Assembly (NCBI GenBank): GCA_035476275.1
Contig: DATILR010000470.1
Location: 1 to 48,750, forward strand
DNA from: Candidatus Binatus sp.
GTDB lineage: Bacteria > Desulfobacterota > Binatia > DP-6
DNA length: 48,750 nt
Direction of reading: 5' to 3'
Shown here: piece by piece, positions 40,626-47,406 of the stretch
Position numbering within the stretch: the stretch's first letter is position 1
Layout: the number at the start of each line of letters is the position of its first letter
The notes under the pieces: model-generated
Database searches by the model: none
Seen by the model: the letters and a program-made list of their open reading frames with translations, nothing else
Told to the model about the DNA's origin: nothing
Program-made: the position numbers and the translations under genes

Positions 40626-40966
40626 AGCCGCCCAGAGAGATCTCGCTCAAAGCCCTGAGCTTGGCCTGGTGGCTGGCGCTCGTGACCAACGCGGCGCTCG
40701 GCTTCTTCCAGATCTGGTACCTGCACTTCTGGGGCGGCTGGATCTGCATCTTGATGACGATCTCGCTTTTGACCTTGCGCTCCTACCTGCTGGGGCGGCT
40801 CGGCGCCTTCGAGGCGATGCAGCCCGACTACAAGATCGAGTACATGGACGGCACCGCCTACGTCACGCCGAAGCACGGCGAGCCGTACATGATCCGCGTC
40901 CCCGAGGATCTAGAACTCGAGGGACCCGACCAGATCATGGCCTACGTCAGAGAGCACCTGCGGTAG
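40622..40966 (+). CDS. Membrane protein, two predicted TM helices plus a soluble C-domain (114 aa)
   Basis: ATGA overlap with the upstream gene. LSLAWWLALVTNAALGFFQIW and GGWICILMTISLLTL. Only the last 114 codons of the 472-aa ORF look coding. Confidence 0.6.
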   Translation: MKPPREISLKALSLAWWLALVTNAALGFFQIWYLHFWGGWICILMTISLLTLRSYLLGRLGAFEAMQPDYKIEYMDGTAYVTPKHGEPYMIRVPEDLELEGPDQIMAYVREHLR

Positions 40967-41121
40967 CCGAGGCAGACGACGGAGACGGGGCGCCGCAAGG
41001 CCCCGGCTCTCCGTTCCTCGACCAGGGCCGTCAGGTCCCAGCCGTCCGCCCGCAAGGCCTTCCACTCGCCGAGCTTCCGGTTCAACTCCCCGAACCGATC
41101 CACGGGCAAGCGCTCGATCAT
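40942..41121 (-). CDS. Hypothetical protein (59 aa)
   Basis: ATG (MIERLPVD) 2 nt after the upstream stop. Its 3' end overlaps the convergent + strand gene by 25 nt. Confidence 0.45.
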   Translation of the reverse strand: MIERLPVDRFGELNRKLGEWKALRADGWDLTALVEERRAGALRRPVSVVCLGYRRCSLT

Positions 41122-41123
41122 GA

Positions 41124-41558
41124 TCAGCGTGGCGCCGTCCCGTTGATCCAGGCCCGTCGCATCATCTGCGCCGCGACGCCGTTGGAGCCGTGGTAGCGCT
41201 TCGTCAACTCGCCGGTCGCGACCATGAGCTTGTCGGTCGATATGCGAGACAGCAAGGCGCGCTCCTCCTTGGAGAGGTTGCCGAGCGCGATCTTGCGGCC
41301 GGCGGAGGTCAGCCGCCACTCCCCGAAGTGCTCCTTGGTCGAATCGGTCTGGCGTTCGAGCACGCCGTAGCGCCTCATCCAGCCGAACCGCACCCCGACG
41401 CAGTTGTTGGCGTGGATGTGATCCAGCCCCATCGCGACCGCGCACTCTTCGGTCGTCACCCAGCCGTGCTCGGGTTCGACGTCCAGGACGATGTTCATCA
41501 ACTCGCGGTCGGAGAACTCGATCAGCTTCAGCGAGTGCGGCTGTCTATTCGTCGCCAT
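41124..41558 (-). CDS. Hypothetical protein, possible winged-helix protein (144 aa)
   Basis: ATG start overlapping the upstream stop by 14 nt; coding bias. Confidence 0.6.
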   Translation of the reverse strand: MATNRQPHSLKLIEFSDRELMNIVLDVEPEHGWVTTEECAVAMGLDHIHANNCVGVRFGWMRRYGVLERQTDSTKEHFGEWRLTSAGRKIALGNLSKEERALLSRISTDKLMVATGELTKRYHGSNGVAAQMMRRAWINGTAPR

Positions 41559-42063
41559 TGCGCTGCTCCTCCGGCATCAGCGCGAAGTGGACCATAGCCG
41601 CGCCCATCTTCCCCTTCTCCCTCGGCCGCCGTCCCAGCAGCCTGATCTGCTGTCGTTCCCGCAGGATGTTTGTGGCGCTGTGAACGGTCGTGTGGTGTAG
41701 CCCCGTCTCCTTCTCAAGCTCGGGGTTCGAGAAGGTGCGATCGGGATGATCGGTGAAGGCCTTGAGCACGCGGGCGATCGTCTCCTCCTTCGACCGCGTC
41801 TTGATCGCCGGCGACTTCCTCGGCGTCGCCTTCTCGACGTTCTCGGGATGGATCGCTCGCTCGGCCGCGCTGATCACGGCGCGCGTCCGCATGATCTGCA
41901 CGGTGTACTGGCGGATCTCCGTCTTCCTCTCAAGGATCATCTCGTTTAGCTCCTTCTCCAGAGCCTCACGCTTCGCCACTAGCTCGGCGACTTCGTCCTG
42001 AAGTGGCTTCAGGATCACCTCAAGTTGGCCCCCGACGCGGGCTGCCAATGTCTTGTCGGTCAT
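41545..42063 (-). CDS. Coiled-coil plus C-terminal wHTH regulator candidate (172 aa)
   Basis: ATG (MTDKTLAAR) after AAGGAGGAGG. First gene of the leftward arm. The C-terminus ETGLHHTTVHSATNILRERQQIRLLG is HTH-like. Confidence 0.55.
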   Translation of the reverse strand: MTDKTLAARVGGQLEVILKPLQDEVAELVAKREALEKELNEMILERKTEIRQYTVQIMRTRAVISAAERAIHPENVEKATPRKSPAIKTRSKEETIARVLKAFTDHPDRTFSNPELEKETGLHHTTVHSATNILRERQQIRLLGRRPREKGKMGAAMVHFALMPEEQRNGDE

Positions 42064-42127
42064 GCGTGGACCTCCTCCTTGTGGTTGCTGACCGCGGGCA
42101 AAACCTACCAATTGATGCGGGGGTTCG
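42064..42127. promoter_or_regulatory. Divergent promoter region separating the early (leftward) and late (rightward) arms
   Basis: A 64-bp gap between back-to-back start codons. No confident -35/-10 elements could be assigned by eye. Confidence 0.4.
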
Positions 42128-42781
42128 ATGGGGTACGAAGCAACCCTTCTGGACGGAACTGTGATCGCCACGGCGGACAGTATGCAAGTCGACGCGCTGC
42201 TCCGCAGCCTTGCCCCCTCGCTTGAGATACAAGTCCGTAGTACGGAGACTGGCGAGGTCGTCACCAGGGCGCTCGTGCAGCTGGAGCAGCAGAAACAGCC
42301 GCTCAGCCTGAGCTACGGCGAGGGCGAGGCGCTCACGTACGACTTCGGCCTTCAGGGTCACGACGCCGACGCCGTGATCGAGTACGGCGACGGCGCCCAG
42401 GACGTGATCGCCATGGACGCCACCTACGCGACCCACACGTACGCGAAGCCGGGCACCTATCACATCATCGCCTCGACCCCGGACGGTAGGTCGGTGGAGA
42501 CGACGATCTTCACCCAGGACTTCTCCTTCCGACTGCTCTCGATCGAGCCGGCGCAGAGCAGACTCGACGTCGGCTCGACCCTGCACTGCAACGGCTTCGG
42601 GTTCGTGGACGGCGCCGTGATCGTCATGGACGACGTCGACCTGCCCACCAGCTTCCAAAGTCCCCAGGAGCTAGCGGCGCCGGTCGACGTGACGGGGAGG
42701 GTTCCCGGCCCCGTGGGCGTTCACGTTCGCAACCCCGACGGCGTCACGAGCGCCGAGATCCCCTTCACGTTCATCGAGTAG
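42128..42781 (+). CDS. Ig-like domain protein: PKD-like plus IPT/TIG-like domains (217 aa)
   Basis: EYGDG...THTYAKPGTYHIIAST is a PKD signature. LSIEPAQSRLDVGSTLHCNGFGF...VHVRNPDGVTSAEIPFTF is IPT-like. Confidence 0.65.
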   Translation: MGYEATLLDGTVIATADSMQVDALLRSLAPSLEIQVRSTETGEVVTRALVQLEQQKQPLSLSYGEGEALTYDFGLQGHDADAVIEYGDGAQDVIAMDATYATHTYAKPGTYHIIASTPDGRSVETTIFTQDFSFRLLSIEPAQSRLDVGSTLHCNGFGFVDGAVIVMDDVDLPTSFQSPQELAAPVDVTGRVPGPVGVHVRNPDGVTSAEIPFTFIE

Positions 42782-42841
42782 ACTCGCGACTTCAACTCCT
42801 CCCGTCGAGGCTCAGACCCGAGACGGTTGTAGTTGACCGCG

Positions 42842-42869
42842 GACGAGGGCGCCTTCGGGCGCCTTCGTC
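42842..42869 (+). terminator. 12-bp stem hairpin with UUCG tetraloop
   Basis: gacgagggcgcc-ttcg-ggcgccttcgtc (one G-U pair), 61 nt after the stop at 42781. Confidence 0.5.
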
Positions 42870-42884
42870 GTCTCTGGAGGCTGC

Positions 42885-43664
42885 ATGCCCTACGCGCCCA
42901 CGAACTGGGTGGACGGCGCCACGCCCGTGAATCGCGCCACCATGAAGAACATCGAGGACGAGCTTGTGCTCCTCGACGGTCGCCCGGTCGTCCCGACCGT
43001 GGTGAACGGGAAGTGGCTGCGAGGGTCGGGCGGCGCGGTGATCTGGGACGACATCACCCCCACCACGGTCCCCATCGCGGGGCAGGCGAACGGGTTCGCG
43101 ACGCTCGACGCGACGGGGAAGATCCCGGTGGCGCAGCTGCCAGCGGCCGGAATCGCCGGGATGACCAAGTTTGCGGACACGGTGCTCGGCGCCTCGGCGG
43201 CCAACATCGACCTCCAGAGCATCCCGCAGACCGCGCTCCATCTGATGCTACGCATGCTGCTGCGCAGTGACGCAGCGGTCACCGGCGTCAACGTGGCGCT
43301 GCGGTTCAACAACGATTCCGGGGCGGACTACTGGGATGTCGCGTTGTCGAACCAGGCGGCCGCCCCGACGGGAGTCGAAACCCTGTCGGCCACGCTGGGC
43401 CTGGTCGGATTCGCGCTCGGAGCTTCAGCCGTGGCCGGGTACTTCGGTGACGTTACGGTCAACATCGGTGACTACGCCGCGGCCAGACAGCACAACTGGA
43501 CGAGTGTCACACACGCCCTGTGGTCTTCGACCACGTCCACTCACCTGATCCGCGCCCAGGGCGGCGCGCACGCGCTAAGTCCTGCGATCACCCGGATCAC
43601 GATCATCCCCGGCAGCGGCAACTTCATCGCCGGTAGCCGCGTCACCCTGTACGGCCTGAACTAG
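42885..43664 (+). CDS. Tail-fibre-like protein, paralog B (259 aa)
   Basis: ATG after GGAGG. Colinear with 5279..6067: NWVDG...NIEDEL N-terminus, GFATLDATGKIP, RFNNDSGADY, and the end AGSRVTLYGLN. Confidence 0.7.
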   Translation: MPYAPTNWVDGATPVNRATMKNIEDELVLLDGRPVVPTVVNGKWLRGSGGAVIWDDITPTTVPIAGQANGFATLDATGKIPVAQLPAAGIAGMTKFADTVLGASAANIDLQSIPQTALHLMLRMLLRSDAAVTGVNVALRFNNDSGADYWDVALSNQAAAPTGVETLSATLGLVGFALGASAVAGYFGDVTVNIGDYAAARQHNWTSVTHALWSSTTSTHLIRAQGGAHALSPAITRITIIPGSGNFIAGSRVTLYGLN

Positions 43665-43672
43665 GAGGGCGC

Positions 43673-43876
43673 ATGGAGACTCCGACCATCCTGGTCGTCA
43701 ACGTCGAGACGGGCGAGGAGGAGCACCGCGAGATGACGCCCGAGGAGATCGAGGCGCTGGGGGCGGCACAGCAGGCGGCGGTCGCCCCCGAGCCGGTCGA
43801 CCCGCTCGCCGGTCTACCCGACGAGGCGACCGTGACGGTCGCTCAACTGCGAGAGCTACTGGGGAGGACACCATGA
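43673..43876 (+). CDS. Hypothetical acidic protein (67 aa)
   Basis: ATG after AGGAGGG. Confidence 0.6.
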   Translation: METPTILVVNVETGEEEHREMTPEEIEALGAAQQAAVAPEPVDPLAGLPDEATVTVAQLRELLGRTP

Positions 43877-43959
43877 CCTTGACGTTCATGGACGTGTGCG
43901 TGTTCGCCATCGCCGTGGCACTTTGGCTCATCTTCCTATTCGGGACCAACGTGGTTTAG
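43873..43959 (+). CDS. Micro-ORF, single-TM peptide (28 aa, MTLTFMDVCVFAIAVALWLIFLFGTNVV)
   Basis: ATGA overlap with the upstream gene, and its TAG abuts the next ATG. Too short for the ORF track. Confidence 0.4.
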   Translation: MTLTFMDVCVFAIAVALWLIFLFGTNVV

Positions 43960-44268
43960 ATGGCTGAAGGCGACTGGTTCCCGGCACGCGCCACCCCGCA
44001 CCCGCCCGCGCAGACGATCGCCGCGAGCGCCGTCTTCGATTTCCTCGCGCCCGCGGGCGCCAACGGGTTCTACCTCGGCGCCGATAACGGTCCGCTGATG
44101 CTCACGTTCGACGGGACGACCGCCACGGCCACCAACGGGTTCGCGGTCGATCCCGGCAAAGGCAGCGCTGGCCTTGTCCCCGTGACGGTGAGGGGGAAGC
44201 TGTCTGTGTTCAACGCGGGCGCGCAGCCCTCCAAGGTCGAGGTCGCCTGGCTGGAGAGAGAGGGGTAA
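43960..44268 (+). CDS. Hypothetical protein (102 aa)
   Basis: ATG directly after the upstream TAG; coding bias. Confidence 0.6.
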   Translation: MAEGDWFPARATPHPPAQTIAASAVFDFLAPAGANGFYLGADNGPLMLTFDGTTATATNGFAVDPGKGSAGLVPVTVRGKLSVFNAGAQPSKVEVAWLEREG

Positions 44269-44435
44269 TGAAGAAGGCAGCCCGTAACGCCAAGGTCAAG
44301 ACGGTGATGGGCGAATACAAGAAGGGCCAGCTGCACTCCGGCTCCGCGAAGGGGCCGGTCGTGAAGAAGCGATCCCAAGCGATCGCGATCGCCATGAGCG
44401 AGAGCGGTCAGGCGAAGCGTAAGCGCAAGAAGTGA
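44268..44435 (+). CDS. DUF6496-like small basic protein (55 aa)
   Basis: TAATG overlap with the upstream gene. VKTVMGEYKKGQLHSGSAKGPVVKKRSQAIAIAMSESG matches my recollection of the DUF6496 pattern. Under 60 aa. Confidence 0.6.
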   Translation: MKKAARNAKVKTVMGEYKKGQLHSGSAKGPVVKKRSQAIAIAMSESGQAKRKRKK

Positions 44436-44541
44436 AAAAGAGGAGAGGAGGTGAGGAGCCGGACGCGCTGACATCGCATCCGCCAGCGGGTGGGTCCTCG
44501 CCGCATCCGACCCGCGCCTCGGGGACCCGTCCGGTGGCGGC

Positions 44542-44697
44542 ATGATCGCCAGGATCCCCGACCAGGCTCTCATCACCATCAACAGCCTGGAGATCCTCGG
44601 GATCATCTACCTGGCCGTCGCCGTCTCCAACCTGCGCGCCAGCATCGCCAAGCTCGAAGGCCGCCTGCAGGAGCGCGACCGCGAGCAAGAGAAGTGA
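44542..44697 (+). CDS. Small single-TM protein, holin/lysis-accessory candidate (51 aa)
   Basis: MIARIPDQALITINSLEILGIIYLAVAVSNL, followed by a charged coiled tail. Upstream of the secreted transglycosylase. Confidence 0.4.
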   Translation: MIARIPDQALITINSLEILGIIYLAVAVSNLRASIAKLEGRLQERDREQEK

Positions 44698-44865
44698 GTG
44701 CTGGCGCTCTCCGATCACTCCACCATCACGATCTCGGTGATCGGGCTGTTCGCCTTCCTGGCGATCGTCGCGCTCGCCCGCTCGCTGATCCGTAAGGGCG
44801 CGAGCGACTGGCACCGGATCCGGATCGGCTTCTTTATCGAACGTGACCCGCACGACAAGGACTAG
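44698..44865 (+). CDS. Small single-TM protein, holin/lysis-accessory candidate (55 aa)
   Basis: GTG immediately after the upstream TGA. ITISVIGLFAFLAIVALARSL followed by a basic tail. Confidence 0.4.
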   Translation: MLALSDHSTITISVIGLFAFLAIVALARSLIRKGASDWHRIRIGFFIERDPHDKD

Positions 44866-44869
44866 GCCC

Positions 44870-45004
44870 ATGCCTGAGTGGTTCATCGGGTTCTGGACAT
44901 GGTGGCGACGCCGACGTGGCGACAGGATCGTGGATCGCGGTGACGTGGTGCTCGCGTGGTCGCAAGACCGAATGCACTACGTCCGGCGTCGCGCGACATC
45001 GTAA
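44870..45004 (+). CDS. Possible micro-ORF (44 aa, MPEWFIGFWTWWRRRRG...)
   Basis: ATG 4 nt after the upstream TAG. Trp-rich N-terminus. Weak evidence. Confidence 0.3.
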   Translation: MPEWFIGFWTWWRRRRGDRIVDRGDVVLAWSQDRMHYVRRRATS

Positions 45005-45023
45005 GCGACCAGGGAGGCAGCCC

Positions 45024-45362
45024 GTGAAGGTGCTGGCCGCGATCCTGCTCGTGCTCGTCTTGACTACGTCTGCCGCGTCTGCTACGCGCACGCGCGCGTC
45101 AGACATTCACTGGCTTCACCGCGCCTTCCTCTGCATTCATCGTTTTGAAGGCTCCTGGCGCGATCCCAACCCGCCCTACTACGGCGGGCTTCAGATGGAC
45201 TACAGCTTCCAGCGCACCTACGGGCGCGAGTTCCTGCGCGCCTTCGGCACCGCCGACCACTGGCCCCCGTACCTGCAGATCGCGGTGGCGATGCGCGCCT
45301 ACCTCTCGGGGCGCGGCTTCTACCCCTGGCCCAACACGGCACGGAGGTGCGGCCTGCTGTGA
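45024..45362 (+). CDS. Secreted Rpf/transglycosylase-like (lysozyme-fold) protein, endolysin candidate (112 aa)
   Basis: GTG after GGGAGG. Signal-like VKVLAAILLVLVLTTSAASA. LCIHRFEGSWRDPNPPYYGGLQMDYSFQRTYG resembles the Rpf transglycosylase-like domain. Confidence 0.6.
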   Translation: MKVLAAILLVLVLTTSAASATRTRASDIHWLHRAFLCIHRFEGSWRDPNPPYYGGLQMDYSFQRTYGREFLRAFGTADHWPPYLQIAVAMRAYLSGRGFYPWPNTARRCGLL

Positions 45363-47005
45363 CAGCGACCCTCGGCGTCGACCCCGAGTTTCTCGCGGCC
45401 TTCAAGAAGGACTACGCGCGCCGGCTCAACGAACGCGCCGAGGCGATGCAGCATCCCGCCGGCCTGCTCGACCACGTCCAGTGCGTGGACGGCAAGACGG
45501 GCGAGGAGTTCAGCTTCACGCTCACCGACCCCGAGGCGGGCTGGTACTGGCAGCGCGAGGTGCTCGACAACTGGATCGAGCACACGCTCAGTCTGGTGTT
45601 GAAGGCGCGGCAGATCGGGATCACCTGGCTGGCGTCCGGCTACGCGCTCTGGAAGCTCCTCACCCTTCCAGGCACTCGCTGCCTGATCGTGTCGATCAAC
45701 GAGGACGAGGCGATCAAGGTCGTCAACCGCCTCTACGACATGTTCATGTCCCTGCCCGAGCACCTGCAGTTCGAGGCGCAGGTGACGAAGCCGTCACGGG
45801 GCGCGCGTCCCACCACCCTGATCGAGTTCACCTTCCCCTCCGGGAAGATCTCCTCGGTCGTCGGCCTGTCGAGCACGAGACGAGCGGGTCACGGCGAGAC
45901 GGCCACGCTCGTGCTCCTGGACGAGTTCGCGCGCCACGAGTACGCGCGCGACGCCTGGAAGGCGACCTTCGCCACGGCGGACAACGGCGGCCAGATCATC
46001 GTCGTGTCTACGGCCAACGGCGTCTCCAACGAGCAGACGGGCGAGGGCAACTTTTACCACCACCTGTACGTCAACGCCGAGGGCTACGGCATCGAGACGC
46101 AGTTCCTGCCCTGGTCACTGCACCCCGACCGAGACGAGGACTGGTACGAGCAGGTGGCGCGCGCGCTGCCGCCGGCGGACAGGGCGGAGCAGTTCCCGCG
46201 CTCCCCCGAGGACGCCTTTATCAACACGGGCGAGTGCTGGTTCGACGCCGAGGATCTCACCTGGTACTCGGAGGAGCACGCGCTCGAAGACAAGACGCGC
46301 ATGCGCTTCGTCGTGGACGACTCGGGCGCCAAGGCGAAGATCCACTGGGTCGACAAGGGCCTGATCCGCGTTCACGAGAAGCCGGATCCGAAGCGCGAGT
46401 ACGCGATCGGCACCGACGTCGCCACCGGGCGCGGCTACGACTACTCGTGCGCGTACGTCATCGATCTCGCGTCGCAGGCGCTCGTGGCCGAGGCGTACGG
46501 GAAGGTCGACGCCGACGAGTGGGCCGAGCAGCTGCACTACCTGGGCCGCTGGTACAACAGCGCTCGCATCGCGGTGGAGATGGGCGGCGGCTACGGCGAG
46601 CCGATCATCATCTCGCTGCGCGACGGTCGCAAGGGCCGGCCGCACTACCCGAAGCTGTACCGGCACTCGATCGCCGACCGGGTCGACGGGCACAAGCTCG
46701 CGAACTACGGCTTCCCGATCAACAACAAGACCCGGCCGCAGCTGATCAACGTGATCGAGCAGGCGTTGCGCGAGCGCACGGTACCGGCGCTTCCGCGCAC
46801 CCTGCTCATGGAGCTTCGCACCTTCGTGCGCAGGGACACGCTCCCCTCGCCTCGGGCGCAGGAGGGCGCGAACGACGACCGCGTCATGGCGTTCGGCCTG
46901 GCGTTGGAGATGTACCGGCAGTACGGCCGGCACGAGCGCCAGGTGCGGCGTCGCGTCAAGACGAAGCCGCACGCCTACCCGTGGCAGAAGAGGAGGGTCG
47001 CATGA
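45359..47005 (+). CDS. terL: Terminase large subunit (548 aa; alternative GTG start at 45347)
   Basis: GTGA overlap with the upstream gene, GGAGG 11 nt upstream. Walker A-like KARQIGITW and Walker B LVLLDEFA. The nuclease half has GTDVATGRGYDYS and NDDRVMAF. Confidence 0.9.
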   Translation: MTATLGVDPEFLAAFKKDYARRLNERAEAMQHPAGLLDHVQCVDGKTGEEFSFTLTDPEAGWYWQREVLDNWIEHTLSLVLKARQIGITWLASGYALWKLLTLPGTRCLIVSINEDEAIKVVNRLYDMFMSLPEHLQFEAQVTKPSRGARPTTLIEFTFPSGKISSVVGLSSTRRAGHGETATLVLLDEFARHEYARDAWKATFATADNGGQIIVVSTANGVSNEQTGEGNFYHHLYVNAEGYGIETQFLPWSLHPDRDEDWYEQVARALPPADRAEQFPRSPEDAFINTGECWFDAEDLTWYSEEHALEDKTRMRFVVDDSGAKAKIHWVDKGLIRVHEKPDPKREYAIGTDVATGRGYDYSCAYVIDLASQALVAEAYGKVDADEWAEQLHYLGRWYNSARIAVEMGGGYGEPIIISLRDGRKGRPHYPKLYRHSIADRVDGHKLANYGFPINNKTRPQLINVIEQALRERTVPALPRTLLMELRTFVRRDTLPSPRAQEGANDDRVMAFGLALEMYRQYGRHERQVRRRVKTKPHAYPWQKRRVA

Positions 47006-47406
47006 GCAGCATGATGGATTTGGCGGCGGCGCTAGGTCCCGGTGGGGGAGGCGGCCCCCCGCCTGGCGCTGGACCTGCGGGGCTTCCCCCTGGTCTGGGA
47101 CCGAGTGGGCCGCCACCCGGCCTTGACGCCGGCGGGCCGCCGCCTGGCGCCGCAGACCAGGGGGGAGATCAGGGTCAGTACGCCGACTCGATCTCCGCGC
47201 TCGACGGCGCCGAGGAGGCGCTGCACGCCTTCATCCAGCTTGACCCCGACGAGGTCGACCGGGCCGAAGCGAGCAAGGCGCTGCAGATCGTGCTGAAGCT
47301 GAAGGCGTCCAACCAGACCTCGAACCAGCAGGGCGACATGAAGTCGCTGGCGCGAGCGCTGCAGGGCGGGCCGGCGCCGGGACCGGGTGGAGGGCCGCTT
47401 GGCTGA
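47002..47406 (+). CDS. Gly/Pro-rich small protein (134 aa)
   Basis: ATG after GGAGGG. Only the last 134 codons of the 753-aa off-frame ORF look coding. A helical core is flanked by GPxG low complexity. Confidence 0.55.
   Translation: MSSMMDLAAALGPGGGGGPPPGAGPAGLPPGLGPSGPPPGLDAGGPPPGAADQGGDQGQYADSISALDGAEEALHAFIQLDPDEVDRAEASKALQIVLKLKASNQTSNQQGDMKSLARALQGGPAPGPGGGPLG

Noticed and set aside
44296-44886. 196-aa - strand ORF across the putative lysis cassette.
   Set aside because: The composition is Asp/Gly/Arg/Ser junk, and it lies antisense to a chain of abutting + strand small ORFs that includes the DUF6496-like gene.
45145-47406. 753-aa + strand ORF overlapping the terminase gene.
   Set aside because: It is off-frame relative to TerL, which has clear Walker and nuclease motifs, and its translation is Arg/Pro/Gly junk. 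Only the last 134 codons (47002-47406), which have their own SD and ATG, were kept.
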